From positions 1-36,386 of the IMG/VR virus record IMGVR_UViG_3300048670_001179: DNA of 36,386 nt; one strand, 5' to 3'. Source of the DNA: a virus. Lineage: Duplodnaviria > Caudoviricetes. The first letter of the stretch is position 1. Each line of letters starts with the position of its first letter. The notes beneath the pieces are model-generated. The model saw nothing but the letters and a program-made list of their open reading frames with translations. It was not told the DNA's origin and searched no databases. Positions 1-14,100 of this stretch are shown here, one piece after another. A program made the translations under genes and the position numbers.

Positions 1-1254
1 AAGGCAATATTTGACAAACAACTGGCCAGTGGTGGGCTGACAGGTATTCCAGTGGGCGGAGTGGTCAATGCTGTGACTCAAGCAGCAGGCGGGTTATCAT
101 CGGCCCTGGCACAGATAGGTCCGCAGGCGGCAGCACTCACAAAACAAATCGGCGGTGCTATCAATCTTCCCACAAAACTAGGGGCATTGATTCCCAATGC
201 CATATCGGTGAGTAATTTTGTGAATACCAAAATCAGTTCTCTCAATATTGGAACTATTGCATCAAATCAAATACAAGGTCTGGTGGCACAGGCGTCAGCG
301 TCAGTGAATCAAGCAGCCAATGCCATAACCAATGCCAAAGGTCTTGGCCAATTTGGACTGGACGCAAATCAACTGCAACTGTCGGGATTGATCAAACCGG
401 GAATCGCAGATCAGATCAAACAGGTTCCGGACAAATTCAAGGAGATCCTAAGCAGTCCCACAAGCTGGACCGGCAAGTTGGGTGCTGTGAATCTAGATTC
501 AGTACTGAACAACAGCGGCCTGCAAACTCGTGTGCAGCAGGGATTGATGAACACAAATTTTGATCAACTCAAACAGTTGGGCACCATCAAGGGCACAGAA
601 ATAGCCAGTCAACTGGGTCCATTGCTGAACACTGCTACCAAATTTGGAGCCGCCACTGCCACTGCCTGGCTCAATGGCAAGGCACCCGGCGACCTTGTGA
701 ATCAGATGAATAATTTTGCCACATCTGCACAGTTTGGTCAGGCATTTGCCGATGTCAATGCTGCTGTGGCCGGTGGAGGAAATCCGTTACAAGCAGGCGT
801 GGTAGCAGTCAAAGGATTTACCAGTACCGTGAATCGAACCAACGTGAATCAGGCCACATCTGCAATAATAGGTGATTCCAATATCGAGACTCCGGATTTT
901 TCACCAGCAGCCGCTGCACCTGTTGCTGCAACCAACGCAGTATATACCGGACCGCTCACCACACCTGTGCTCACAGCAGCCCAACTGGATGCCTTGAGAC
1001 CGGCCACAGCAAGAAAAATCCTAGACTCAGTATACGAAGACATGCGTGACCTTATAGGCATCAATGAACGGCAAATCAGAGATGCAGAAAAGCTTCGGGC
1101 CTACTATATCGAGGTGGGAGATACTGCTCGTGCAGCAGATGCAATCAAGTCAATTCCTAGATATCGCGCCGAGATAGCACAGGCCCGAGCAAATCAGCAA
1201 GTCATAGTGGCGGCATTGAATCGGTTGGGTCCGCTGAGCGATTCGCCTCCATAA
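1..1254 (+). CDS. Putative virion (baseplate hub-region) protein, 5'-truncated; Ala/Gly/Gln-rich with a possible degenerate lysozyme-like segment
   Basis: Frame +1 is open from base 1 (KAIFDKQLASGGLTGIPVGG...), so the GTG at 52 is probably not the true start; TAA at 1252-1254. Lies directly upstream of the gp25-like gene. Function is inferred from position only. Confidence 0.6.
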   Translation, partial: KAIFDKQLASGGLTGIPVGGVVNAVTQAAGGLSSALAQIGPQAAALTKQIGGAINLPTKLGALIPNAISVSNFVNTKISSLNIGTIASNQIQGLVAQASASVNQAANAITNAKGLGQFGLDANQLQLSGLIKPGIADQIKQVPDKFKEILSSPTSWTGKLGAVNLDSVLNNSGLQTRVQQGLMNTNFDQLKQLGTIKGTEIASQLGPLLNTATKFGAATATAWLNGKAPGDLVNQMNNFATSAQFGQAFADVNAAVAGGGNPLQAGVVAVKGFTSTVNRTNVNQATSAIIGDSNIETPDFSPAAAAPVAATNAVYTGPLTTPVLTAAQLDALRPATARKILDSVYEDMRDLIGINERQIRDAEKLRAYYIEVGDTARAADAIKSIPRYRAEIAQARANQQVIVAALNRLGPLSDSPP

Positions 1255-1257
1255 ATA
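1252..1257 (+). promoter_or_regulatory. TAAATA late-promoter-like motif overlapping the upstream stop codon, 4 nt before the gp25-like ATG
   Basis: cATAAATAtcgtATG; resembles the T4 late consensus TATAAATA; the same hexamer recurs in the next intergenic gaps. Confidence 0.6.
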
Positions 1258-1261
1258 TCGT

Positions 1262-1642
1262 ATGTCTACATTCATCGGATTTAACACTCAAAATCAATAC
1301 AAAAAATTCACCTTGGTGGATACTGAGTTGATCAAGCGTGATCTGCTCAACGCTTTTAATATCACACAGGGACAATTGCCCGGCCGGCCAGGTTATGGAA
1401 CCATCTTGTGGAGTTTCTTGTTTGAAAGCCAAGATCAGACCACTATGAGTCAGATAATCAGGGAAGTGCAGCGTGTGGCCGGCGGGGACCCCAGGGTGAA
1501 TCTCATTGATGCATTGGTATTTCCCCAGCAAAACGGTGTGTTGATAGAATTAGAAATACAATTTGCCCCCAACACCAACGCTGAACTATTAAGTGTGTTT
1601 TTTGACCAACAACAACGCCTAGCAACCTTTGCTTTAAGTTAG
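1262..1642 (+). CDS. Baseplate wedge subunit / sheath initiator, T4 gp25 / P2 gpW family
   Basis: 126 aa; LIKRDLLNAF...GQLPGRPGYGTILWSFLFE...GDPRV matches the gp25/GPW pattern; directly upstream of a gp6-like gene. Confidence 0.88.
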   Translation: MSTFIGFNTQNQYKKFTLVDTELIKRDLLNAFNITQGQLPGRPGYGTILWSFLFESQDQTTMSQIIREVQRVAGGDPRVNLIDALVFPQQNGVLIELEIQFAPNTNAELLSVFFDQQQRLATFALS

Positions 1643-1658
1643 CCGTTTATTTTGTTGG

Positions 1659-1664
1659 TAAATA
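1659..1664 (+). promoter_or_regulatory. TAAATA late-promoter-like motif upstream of the gp6-like gene
   Basis: ggTAAATAac in the 40-bp intergenic gap, followed by an A-rich leader and ATG at 1683. Confidence 0.55.
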
Positions 1665-1682
1665 ACAAAACAATAAAACATT

Positions 1683-4600
1683 ATGGCACGCACCACTAGA
1701 CAAACAGTTGTATTCGGGGTCGAAGACTGGAAACGCATCTATCAGACTTTTAGAGAAGCGGACTTCCAGAGCTATGACTTTGAAGCTTTACGAAAAAGTT
1801 TCATAGACTATCTACGTCAATATTATCCTGAAACATTCAATGACTACATTGAATCATCGGAATTTATTGCCATGCTGGATGTGATCGCATTCATGGGTCA
1901 GGCCATGAGTTTTCGCAACGATCTCAACACTCGCGAAAATTACATTGACACCGCAGAACGTAGAGACAGTGTGGTCCGACTGGCCAATCTGGTCAGCTAC
2001 ACTCCCAAGCGCAACACAGAAGCACAGGGATATCTCAAGGTATTTTCAGTGCAGACCACGGAAAATGTTGTTGACTTCAACGGAATTGATCTCGGCGGCG
2101 TCACGGTGAACTGGAATGATCCCACAAACTTCAACTGGGCCGAACAGTTTGCTGCCATCGTCAATTCTGCCCTGGTGAACACTCAACGTGTGGGTCGTCC
2201 AGGAAATCGCACCACTATTCTAGGCGTGGACACATCAGAATACAGCATCAATTTGGTACCGGGATTCTTGCCGGTGTTTCCGTACAATGCCACTGTGGAT
2301 GGAGTGAGCATGCCTTTTGAGGCAGTGAATTCCACATCAGTAGGAACACCATCCACAGCACCATTTGTGTACGAACCCTCTCCGCTGCCCAATGGCATCT
2401 TTAATCTGTTGTTCCGCAATGATGCCCTGGGATTTGCCAGCGCCAACACAGGATATTTCTTCTACTTCAAACAGGGTGTGCTTCAAAATCAAGATTTTAA
2501 TCTAGCTGAACGTATCCCCAATCGCACAGTGGACATCAATATCGAAGGTGTGAACAATGAAGATCGTTGGTTGTTTCAACTGGACAACGTGGGCAATGTG
2601 TCGGCTGAATGGGAATATGTGGAATCGGTCTATGCCGCAGCAGCCGAACAATTAGCACCGGATCAACGAAAACTATTTTCTGTGACCAGCAGAGCAAACG
2701 ACCAGATCACACTGACCTTTGGCGACGGTGTTTTCTCCAGTATACCAGTGGGATTGTTCCGCTGCTATGTTCGTGCCAGTAATGGTCTCACATACATCAT
2801 CAACCCTGACGAGATGCAGAGTGTGGTCATACCCATCAGCTATGTCAGTAGATCAGGACAGCTACAGACTATTACGTTTACCTGTGGTATCACCACTCCG
2901 GTGAGCAATGCACAGGCCAGAGAAACTCTGGATCAGATCAAACAACGTGCTCCGGCTAGATACTACACACAGAATCGCATGGTGAATGGCGAAGACTACA
3001 CCAACTTTCCATTCACTGCTTACAACAGCATCATCAAGAGTTATGCGCTAAACCGTGCCAGCATCGGCACCAGTCGATATCTGGATCTGGTGGACAACAC
3101 CGGCAAATACAGTTCTACCAACATATTTGCCAGTGACGGTGCTATCTGGCAAGAAAACCAACTGCCTACATTTTTGTTTACCTGGATCACGAGAAATGAA
3201 GTGGCCAGCGTGATCACCAACCAGATACAACCGCTGTTGGTAACCAATGCATTTACACAATTCTACTATGCTAATTTTGTCAGACCCAATCTATTGGTCA
3301 ACAACCTCACCTGGCGTCAAAGCACCACACTAGCCAACGAAACTTCGGGATACTTTGTGAATGCATCAGGAAATCCTGCTGCCATCAGCACTTATTCCAG
3401 CACCAACACCCAATACATACAGGTCAGTAGCCTGGTGAAATTTGCAGCACCTGCTGGCTATTATTTTGATTCTAATAATCGACTCCGACTGGGAGTTCCT
3501 ACACTGGCCGCGGAACGTCTTGAATTGTGGGCCAGCCCAGTGAGCATATACCTTGATGGTACCAATCAAGGTCAGGGCAATTTCACTTCAGGGCGATTGA
3601 GTGGTCAAGGTCCCGTGATATTGAACAACTTCGTGCCCACAGGTGCTATTCCGGTTCAAGTGATTCCGCTGTTGATAACAGATATTCCCACAAGCCTTGA
3701 AACCAGCATAGCGGATCAGATCTTGTTGTACAGGAATTTTGGTCTGGGATATGACAACCTCACACAGACCTGGTACTTGATCACATCCAACAATCTTGCG
3801 GTGGATGCAGATTTCAGTCTGGCCAATGCACAAAGCACCACAGGTACCAATCAAGATGCTTCGTGGATGATACAGGCCGTGACTGACGGTGTGAAATACA
3901 CTGTGACCAGTCGTGCATTGGTATACAATTTTGGATCAGTGCTTCAAACTAGATTTTTCTTTGAAACAGGAAATCGCATCTATGATCCAAGAACCGGCAA
4001 CACCATCAGTGATTATGTAAATGTATTACGAACCAACAGCCTTCCTGATTCAAATAGTCCGCTGCCCAGTGATATCTATCTCAGCATCATTGGCCAACCT
4101 GTGCAGTCAGATGGCTTTGTGGACGACTATCAGGTCATAGTCAGTTATCGAGACAGCGACAGTGATGGCATAGCCGATGATCCGGATTTCTTTGATGAGA
4201 TCGTGGCTCCTGATGTGAATCCAACCACCAAGTATGTGTTCTTTGAAAGAACTGTGGACTTTGATAACTTACAACGATATCTCTTGGTTGACCCGGCTCG
4301 AGTAAACAGCACCTATGCCACACAGGATGATATTGAATTGGTCAAGACCGAATACATCATTGGACAGATATTCTACGCATACGATCAGGAAATCTACACC
4401 GGATCGCTTGCCGGGCAAATTGGTGCATTTTATGAACTGACGATCAGTGGCACTGGTGTGCGAACTCTAGTTGACATCACTGTGGATTGGTTGTCTCGAG
4501 TGGGACGCCCAAGTCTATATTTTCAATACAGACACAACGCTCCTCTCACAGATCGTATAGATCCGGGTACCACCAACATCATTGATCTATATGTGGTCAC

Positions 4601-5147
4601 ACAGAGTTATTACACTGCCTACACCAACTGGATCAGAGACAGCACCGGCACAGTGCCCCAGCCTGATGTTCCCACAATCAATGAGCTCAGTACAGATTAT
4701 CAAGGACTCAACAACTACAAAATGATCTCGGACAATGTGGTGATAAATTCAGTCACATTCAAGCCTTTGTTTGGGCCCAAGGCAGCAGAAAATCTTCGCG
4801 CTACCATCAAGGTGATCCGTGCTGCAAACTCAACTGCCAGCGAAAGTGAAATCAAAACTCTAGTGGTGGCCAACCTTGATCAATACTTCAGCATCGCTGC
4901 CTGGAATTTTGGGGATACCTTTTATTTCTCAGAACTGGCAGCATACATACACCGCAACATGGGGGATATCGTGAGTTCTGTGGTACTGGTACCATTGGAT
5001 CCGCTGAAATACTTTGGTGATCTCTACGAAATACGTTCAGCACCGTATGAAATCTTTGTGAATGCAGCCGGCGTGAGTAGTGTGGAGGTTATCACTGCAT
5101 TGACATCCACCAACATAAGAACTGCACCGGGCAGCGGAGTGATCTAA
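1683..5147 (+). CDS. Baseplate wedge subunit, T4 gp6-like (baseplate J family), extended to 1154 aa
   Basis: [15 protein letters not shown]...[16 protein letters not shown]...[33 protein letters not shown] and [26 protein letters not shown] are gp6/gpJ hallmark motifs. Confidence 0.88.
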   Translation: MARTTRQTVVFGVEDWKRIYQTFREADFQSYDFEALRKSFIDYLRQYYPETFNDYIESSEFIAMLDVIAFMGQAMSFRNDLNTRENYIDTAERRDSVVRLANLVSYTPKRNTEAQGYLKVFSVQTTENVVDFNGIDLGGVTVNWNDPTNFNWAEQFAAIVNSALVNTQRVGRPGNRTTILGVDTSEYSINLVPGFLPVFPYNATVDGVSMPFEAVNSTSVGTPSTAPFVYEPSPLPNGIFNLLFRNDALGFASANTGYFFYFKQGVLQNQDFNLAERIPNRTVDINIEGVNNEDRWLFQLDNVGNVSAEWEYVESVYAAAAEQLAPDQRKLFSVTSRANDQITLTFGDGVFSSIPVGLFRCYVRASNGLTYIINPDEMQSVVIPISYVSRSGQLQTITFTCGITTPVSNAQARETLDQIKQRAPARYYTQNRMVNGEDYTNFPFTAYNSIIKSYALNRASIGTSRYLDLVDNTGKYSSTNIFASDGAIWQENQLPTFLFTWITRNEVASVITNQIQPLLVTNAFTQFYYANFVRPNLLVNNLTWRQSTTLANETSGYFVNASGNPAAISTYSSTNTQYIQVSSLVKFAAPAGYYFDSNNRLRLGVPTLAAERLELWASPVSIYLDGTNQGQGNFTSGRLSGQGPVILNNFVPTGAIPVQVIPLLITDIPTSLETSIADQILLYRNFGLGYDNLTQTWYLITSNNLAVDADFSLANAQSTTGTNQDASWMIQAVTDGVKYTVTSRALVYNFGSVLQTRFFFETGNRIYDPRTGNTISDYVNVLRTNSLPDSNSPLPSDIYLSIIGQPVQSDGFVDDYQVIVSYRDSDSDGIADDPDFFDEIVAPDVNPTTKYVFFERTVDFDNLQRYLLVDPARVNSTYATQDDIELVKTEYIIGQIFYAYDQEIYTGSLAGQIGAFYELTISGTGVRTLVDITVDWLSRVGRPSLYFQYRHNAPLTDRIDPGTTNIIDLYVVTQSYYTAYTNWIRDSTGTVPQPDVPTINELSTDYQGLNNYKMISDNVVINSVTFKPLFGPKAAENLRATIKVIRAANSTASESEIKTLVVANLDQYFSIAAWNFGDTFYFSELAAYIHRNMGDIVSSVVLVPLDPLKYFGDLYEIRSAPYEIFVNAAGVSSVEVITALTSTNIRTAPGSGVI

Positions 5148-8100
5148 TGGCTACCACTAGAACTGTAGATTTTCTACCACCAATTTTTCAGACCAGTACC
5201 AACAAGCAATTCCTGGCAGCTACCCTGGACCAGCTGGTACAGGAACCACAATTCAAGAAAACACAAGGATTTGTAGGCCGGCATGTGGGCCCTGGGGTCA
5301 ACCCCAACGATTACTATGTGATTGAGCCCACAGCCTCTAGATCAAACTACCAGCTTGAACCCGGTGTGATCAGCCTGGTGCCAGATACCAATACTATATC
5401 AGACGCTATCACGTATCCTGGCATCACCGATGCCATTGGTCGCCAAGGCGGTGCCACTGACAATTCTGCAAGATTATACACCAGTGAATACTACAGCTGG
5501 GACCCTTTTGTAAACTTTGACAAGTTCTCCAACTACAGCCAATACTATTGGGTGCCTGCAGGACCACTGGCAGTGGATGTGAGTGCTACCACCATTCCCG
5601 TCACTGATACCTTTGATGTGACCAGAGCTGTCAATTATTATGAGTTCTCGGGCATAGCCGGAGAAAATCCCATCATCACTCTGGTGCGCGGCGGCAACTA
5701 TGAGTTTGTAGTGAATCAGGCACCTAACTCGTTCTGGATACAGGCCGAACCAGGTGTGAATGGTCGGCTGCCATATGCTCCTAACATCAGTTCGAGAGAT
5801 GTATTTGGGGTCACCAACAACGGTGAAGACTCGGGCACAGTGTCATTTGACGTTCCATACAAAACCGCACAGCAATTCTACTATGATCTGGATCTCATAG
5901 CCACAGTGCCCACTGCCGGACAAGTAGACCTGCTTGCCACCACATTGCAATTTGATCAGGTGAACAATGTGTTCTTGAGCACATTCTTGGAACAATACCC
6001 TGACGGCATTGACGGCATCACCAATCTCCAGAATCGTACCATAGTGTTCACCAACACCACGACTGATCCTGTGGATGGCGGCTGGTTGATCACCACACAA
6101 TTTGACCCTCTGGCACAAACATCCAGCAACAACGGATTGCCGGGCAGTTACGATTATCTCACATTTGATCAGACCACACCTATCTTGGACGTGAACACCA
6201 GATACAGTGTATGGCTGATACAATATCAATACACCTCCAGTGGCGAACCCATCCTCAAACTGTCATCAGTCACCGCTTGCCCAAATCTCAGCAAGTTCAC
6301 TGTGATGTTTGGTACTGAATGGAGCACCACACAATGGTATCGCAACGCCGAAGGGTACTTTGAACAGATACCGTTGCTGACCGCTGTGCAAGATCTGTTG
6401 TGGTATCAAGATGGAACCAACCCAGAAATCTTTGGGCAGATAAGACTGATAGATCCAGCTGACTCTGAAACCATCAATGTGGTCACGGATATTCTAGGCA
6501 AAACCAACTACACAGCTCCCAATGGCGTGGTGTTTACCAACAATCTACAGATCACGTTCCGTGGCAGTGTGACACCCGCCAGTTATGAAAATCAAACATA
6601 CTATGTGGTCGGAGTAGGCACCGCCATCCAGCTGTTATCAGTGGGTAACTATGTGACCCCGGAAACTTATACCGAAAGTGCCACTGTGCCGTTTGATTCC
6701 TTGGCGTTTGATGTGGGGAACTTTGATGGCAGCTTGAATCAGCCTGTGCAGTTGGATTACATAACCATGGCATTGGATAGTCCGGATCTCAATGCCTGGA
6801 CCAGATCAAATCGTTGGTTCCACATTGACGTGATCACTGCTTCTGCTGCATACAATAATACCACGGCTATATTGGATAACGCACAACGGGCCAGACGTCC
6901 AATCATTGAATTCCGTGGCGGTATCAGATTGTTCAACATGGGCACTGAGGCCAAGCAGCCTGTGAACATCATTGATCTTAGAGAAACCGATGCATTGTCC
7001 AACATCAATGGACAACTTGGCTATGCAGTGGATGGGTATGTGTTTCAACAAGGAACTAGAGTGATCTTCGCAAGAGATCTAGATGCCCGGGTGCGAGACA
7101 AAATATATGTGGTCAACTTTATCACACCTGCCACTGGTCCATTACCCGACAGTACATTGTACAGTCAACCCATCATTGATCTTGTGCCTGCTGATGATGC
7201 AGTGGCCGTGGTTGATCAGTGTGTGGTATGTCTCAGCGGTAGTACATTGCAAGGTATAACTTTCCGTTATGACGGCGAACAGTGGATCCGAGCACAAGAA
7301 AAAACATCCATAAATCAAACACCCATGTTCGATGTATATGATCTCAATGGACACAGTTTAAGCAATCGAGTGGTATATCCCAGTACAACTTTTTCAACTA
7401 CCAAGAACAATCTTGGTGACACAGTTGGCGGTAGCGCATTGTTCAGTTATGCCACAGGGACCAGCGGAATAGCAGACACAGTTTTGGGATTTCCTCTACG
7501 ATACTTCAGTCTCAACAACGTGGGAGACATTGTGTTTGACAACAACTTGTACACAGACACATTTGTGTATGTCAAGGACAACGTCAGCACAACTGAAAAC
7601 ATCAGCATTGGCCATGTGCGTGAATATGCCAACAGAACTGTGTATGAAAAAGAAATTGGCTGGCAAACCGCAGTGGTCAAGAGCCAAATCTATCAACAAT
7701 TCAGTTTTACCTACACCAGCGTGGCCATCACAGGATCTATCGCAAATACCACACTCACAGTCACAGTACCTCCTGCTGATGGAGTATCTTTACAGTTGGG
7801 GCAAACACTCAGCGGCCAGGACATCACAGCCGGCACACAAATCACTGAGTTTCTTACCGGCACCGGGGGAGTAGGAACATACACTGTATCAGTATCACAG
7901 ACTGTGGGTTCAGAAGTCATGGCAGTGACTTCTCCCTTGATACTGGATGTGGCCGTGGTGCCAACCGGTGCCGTGCCCAGCATCAAGGTATATGCTACCA
8001 GTGTGAGCCAAAACTTCAGCAGCCTATTCCAAGATACAAATACATACACATTCACCACTACCAGCAACACCACCACCATAAGATTCAATACCAATATCAA

Positions 8101-11100
8101 TATAGTACCCGGTGATATTATTGAAGTGCTGGCACTGAGCGATCAAGTCAGTGACGTGGGGTTCTATCAGGTACCTATCAATCTAGAAAACAATCCGTTA
8201 AACGGCAACAGTCCTAGTTTTACTCTGGGAACCATACGCACTCACTATGATACTATCGCACAAAATCTAGTGAATCTGACCGGTGCTGTGAATGGAGCCA
8301 ACAACTCAAGAGACCTGGGCAATATTGTTCCGTATGGACTGAGCATACTGCAACAGAGTTCGCCCATGACTCTGGCAGGATATTTCTTACGCAAACCTGA
8401 GTATGATATATTTGCGTCATTGGAATACAATTCAAGACAGTATCAACAATTCAAGGCGCAATTCTTGAATCAGTCTGTGACCGGCGATTACACAAACCTG
8501 ACCATACCGGAAATACTCAATGCAGTATTCTCTGAACTCAATCTAGGCCGCACCAGCTCAAGCCCATTCTACTGGTCTGACATGCTGCCCACAGGCACAG
8601 TGTACACGCAGCAACAGATCACGGTAACTCCTATTACTACACAGGTGTTTGATCTCAACCAGGTATTCAATTATACCTCGGCCAATTATCAGGCCTTGCT
8701 GGTGTATGTGAATGATCGATTGCTCACAAGAAATGTCGAATATATTGTCAGTGTTGATGCTCCTATTGTCACGATTCTAGTGCCACTGGTGGTAGGCGAG
8801 GTAGTGACCATCCAGGAATACGAAACAACCTACGGCAGCTATGTGCCCAATACTCCTACCAAATTGGGATTGTATCCTGCATTTGTGCCGGAGATTTTTC
8901 TAGATGAAACATATGTAGATCCGGTGTTTGTGATCCGTGGACATGACGGATCAATCACCAGAGCATTTGGTGATTTCCGTGATGAATTGTTGTTGGAATA
9001 TGAAACCAGGATCTACAACAATTTAAAACTAGATGGTAATCCTGTGCCACTCACCGCAGCGGAAGTCATACCCGGGGAGTTCCGCACCACTGATTATTCG
9101 CTCGGCGAGATACAAGACATCTTGAATCCAGATTTCTTGACCTGGGTGGGCTGGAACAAACTGGACTACAAAACACAAGATTATGTGCCATCCAATCAGT
9201 TCACATGGAACTATTCAACTGCATCAAACAAACTCACAGACAACGAACCACTGGTGATTGGTGCATGGCGCGGCATCTACAACTACTTCTACGATACAAT
9301 CTATCCCAATACTAGACCCTGGGAGATGTTGGGATTCAGTGAACGTCCAGTCTGGTGGGAGTTTCAATATGGCGCTGCACCGTATACATCGGGCAACTTG
9401 GTGTTGTGGGGAGATCTTGCTGAAGGCCTGGTAAGAGATCCTGTGGCACCTTATGTGCGCCCTGAATATGCACGTCCACAGTTATTAGAAGTAATACCTG
9501 CAGGCAGTGAAGGTGCATTATTGAGTCCCATGGAAGTTGTGGTGGGCAATTTTAACAGCAACAATTTCCGACGCAGTTGGGTGGCTGGAGATGACGGCCC
9601 TGTGGAAAACGCCTGGCGCACTTCCAGTGCTTATCCATTTGCCATAATGAGATTGTTGGCTCTCACACGTCCAGCTGAGTTCTTCTCATTGTTTGCTGAT
9701 AGAGATCTATATCGATTCAACACTGATTACGATCAGTATCTATACAATCATCGTTATAGACTGGATGCCAACGGCGTAGAAATATACGGCAATGGTGACA
9801 GCAAAGCCAGCTATATCAACTGGATCGTGGATTTCAATCGACAGACCGGTATCAACTCCACTACTGCGCTCACTGCTGATCTTAAAAATCTTGATGTGAG
9901 ACTGTGCTATAGAATGGCCAGTTTCTCGGGAAAAAATCTCCTGGGCATCTATACAGAAAAGTCCAGCCCCAACAGCTTGAATTCTAGTTTGTTGTTGCCC
10001 GACAACAGTTACAATTTGTTATTCTATAAAAATGTGCCGTTTGCTCAACTCACCTACTCCAGTGTGATTGTTCAAAGCACCAGCAACGGTTGGGCGGTGT
10101 ATGGGTACAGCTTTAATCAGCAATACTTCAACATCCTGCAAAGTCTAGTCAACGGCAACTTGGCCACTGTGTCCGCCGGTGGCAGCTCGGTACGAGTTCC
10201 TGTGAATTACTCAAACGATGTGGTACAAATACCTTATGGCTATGTGTTTACCAATCGAACCTTGATGGTGGATTTCTTGTTGAGTTACGGCGCATTGTTG
10301 CAGCAGCAAGGGCTGGTGTTTGACACTATAGAAAATGGATATGTGCTAAACTGGGGTCAGATGGCCAGTGAATTCTTGTATTGGAGCAATCAGGGGTGGA
10401 ACACCGGGTCCATCATCAATCTCAATCCTGGCGCTACCAAATTGATTGTGGAACGTGCAGGCGCCATAGTGGATAGCATCGCTGTTCAAACAGTGGAAAA
10501 CATGGTTCTCAATGCAAATCGAACACCATTCAACGCCAGAGATCTTGTGATTGAAAGATTGGACAACACTTTCACTGTGACCAGCTTGACCAATGACACT
10601 ATCAATTTTCTCAACATAAAGTTTACCAATTACGAAAACATGATCGTGTTGGACAACACCAGTATTTTTGCAGACTTGATATATGATCCTGTCACAGGTG
10701 CAAGACAGAGTCGTGTGAGACTGGTAGGATGGACCACCACTGATTGGAATGGCCAGTTGAATGCACAGGGATTTATACTGAACCAAGACAACATCATGCC
10801 GTGGGATCCGCTCAAAAAATATTCTCGCGGCGAGATTGTAGAATGGAAAAATACCTACTACAGTGCTGTGGACATTGTGCAACCATCATCCAAATTTGAT
10901 ATCAATCAATGGACAGTATCGGACTACACATTGATCCAACAGGGCCTATTGCCCAATCTGGCCAACAAGAGTGATCAGCTGGCCAACACCTACAACACAT
11001 ACACTGCCAACCTTGAACTCAATCAAGATTTATTTGCATATGCATTGATTGGATGGAAACCAAGACAATACATGGTAAACTTGAATCTTGATTCCACCAG

Positions 11101-14100
11101 CCAGGTGCAACTGTATCAACAATTCTTGGGTACCAAGGGCACGCTGAGAGCAGCCGAGATATTCTCGTTCGCCGACCTGGGACGTGGCCCGGCACAGTAC
11201 GATATCTACGAAAATTGGGCCGTACTGAGAGGCACATACGGAGCCAATGCAAATCGCAGTTTTTATGAGCTACAGCTCAACGAAGCATTGCTCACTGCCA
11301 ATCCCAGCACCATACAGGTTGTGTTGCCAACTGAATCCAGCCTGGCCGATCAAACAGTGTTGTTGAGCAAATTATGGAAAAGCAGTTTCAAGTTGCCCAG
11401 TCCTGACATCTTGACTACCACTACAATTCCTGTGACTGACACAGCTTTGCCCAGCGCAGGATATGTGAACTTTGATGACGTTGATATCACAGTTTTTGAT
11501 ATCACTAACACTGCCTCATTGGATGCAAACATCGATTCTATTGGACTGGGCACAGTGATCTGGGTGGCCAAGATCAACAACTATGACTGGGGCATTTTCA
11601 GGACCGGTCAATTACCAGGATATCTGGACTCGGTAACTACCAATCTTGATGGCACCAGTGTGTTTACTTTCACTCAGTCACATGGGATCACAGCAGGAAC
11701 TTTATTCATTGTGCGATTCTTCTCAGATGAAGTGGATGGAGTGTATGAAGTATTAAACGTACCAAATCCAAATCAATTGGTGGTGCTATTCAGTTTCCTC
11801 AACACCAGCCAGATCACTGCCACAGGTGAGGGCATTGGATTTATACTACAGACACAACGGGTGAGTCAGGCCAGTGACGTGATCACTTTACCTTACGCCA
11901 ACAGTCTTATTCCAGGAAACAAAGTTTGGGTGGACAACAACGGTGCGGGCCTGTGGCAAGTGTTGGAAAAACAAAACGTGTTTACTTCTTCAGCAGAGAT
12001 CAAGGCTGCAACTCCAATATCCAACAGTCAATTTGGTCAAAGTGTAGCGCAAAGCAAAGACAATTTGTATGCTATTGTTGGCAGTCCGGCATTGAATTCT
12101 GACGTTGGTGCTGTGTACACTTTTATCCGCACATCGCTTGCTCCATTTGAAGAAAATTCTGTTGTTGAACCCAACGCAGCCGACACATTGAGATTTGGTC
12201 AGTCTATCAGCATTGGCAATCAAACCTGGCAAGTGGTGGGTGCTCCTGCCAGCTACAACAACCGAGGCTATGCAAGTGTGGTATATCGCACACCGGGCAC
12301 AGTGAGTTTTGCTGTCTCGGCCCTGCTCACCACCCCCGATCCTAGAGATTTAGTGTATCCAGCTGAGTTTGGATACAGTGTGGCTATCAGTCGAGACGAA
12401 AGATGGATGTACATTGGCGCACCAGGTATCAACAAGGTATTTGCATACGGACAGGTACAAGTTGAATCTCAATCGGTGAATTATACCACAAATGGATCAA
12501 CTTTTGTTTTCAATTACAGTGATTACATCGTGATTGATGATCAAGAGGATCAGCAGATCACTGTGATTTTAAACAATCAACTGATGACCTATGGTGTTGA
12601 TTACACACAGACCAGTACCAGCGTGGTGTTTACTTCAACACCAGTGAAAGATCTAGTATTGCAAATCATCCGCAGAACCAATGCATCTTATGTTGGTGAC
12701 GGAGCAACCAGAACATTCTCACTAAATGAATATCTGTACAGTGCAGTGAATATCTACAGCTTCCGGGTGTCGTTGAACGGAGTTCTGCAAAGACCAAATA
12801 TTGACTACACATTCAATGCCGATGACAGTGCCTTTGGCAGAGATTTGATATTTGAAACAGCTCCTGCGCTGAATGATTCTATTGCTGTGGCCACAAACAG
12901 TTATTACACTTTGGTTGACACTTTGGAATTTACCATAACCTGTACTGCATCAATCACCGGCACTACAATGACTGTGAGTTCAGTGCCGATCGGTGCACCT
13001 CCGCTCACAGTGAGCATGATACTGAGCGGAACCGGGATAGCACAGGGTCTTAGAATCACGGCATTGCTCACAGGCACCGGTGGAACTGGTACCTATCAAG
13101 TGAGCCAGAGTCAGAGTGTGGCATCAACCACCGTCACCGCAAGATTGTCTGACTCGGCTAGATTTGGTGAAAGTGTAGCTTGTACTGTGGATGGTCGCCA
13201 GATCATGATTGGCGCGCCTAATGATTACTACAGCAGTACCGCAGATGCTGGTGCTGTGTATGTGTACGATCGTTCAGTGCAGAACTTTGTGATAACTGAT
13301 ACTGCCCAGACCTCTTACACTGTGGATAGCAATCTCTTGGTAGCACCCACCGCAGTGATCTTGAACAACACATTCCTGACCAACACAGAAGGTAACATAA
13401 CCGGAACCTTTTCTGTGACCGATGCCACAGTCACAGTCACCGCCACGCTTGCTGTGGGTGACGTATTACAGATACAAGCCAACACCTTCAATCTGTTACA
13501 GATCATTGGTGCCAATACTGCCAAGGTAGCTGCAAACTTTGGTACATCGGTGGACATCTGCAGATACAGTTGCAGCCTCTACACCGGTGCACCGCAAGAC
13601 AGTTCGGTGTTGGAAAATGCCGGATCGGCACAACGCAATGTGAACCAAAGCAGAGTATACGGCACCACAACCAGTACCAATGCTAACCCTCGGTTGATTC
13701 CCGGTGACACAATTAGAATCAACGACCAAGAGGTCGCATTGTCTCAACCACTGGCCTGGAGTAGTACATCTGCATACACAGCAAATACCATTGTTGATTA
13801 TGGATTGAGTCTATACATTGCAATCAGATCTGTGCCAGCAGGCACTGCACTTACCAACACCACATACTGGCAGACCAGTAGTTGGCCGGCTGTGCTGGCA
13901 CAAGACATCAATGCCTCGGGTGTTTCTAATGTGATTGCCACAGCAGGCGCAGCAGGAACCAGCAGTTATGGATTGCTGACCATCAGCGTGAAAAACATCC
14001 TGGCCGCGGAAGAAGGCAACAGACTCACTGTGCTGCCGGGCTTGATTGGAACTGTGTTCCAGAGTCTGGTGTTTAACACCTTTGCATTTACCCAGACCAT

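Noticed and set aside
1262-5147. Bacterial T6SS, tailocin or eCIS locus instead of a phage
   Set aside because: The gp6-like protein is long and T4-like, there are late-promoter-like motifs, and no T6SS membrane or ATPase genes or host genes appear. No capsid genes are in the window, so this rests on context.
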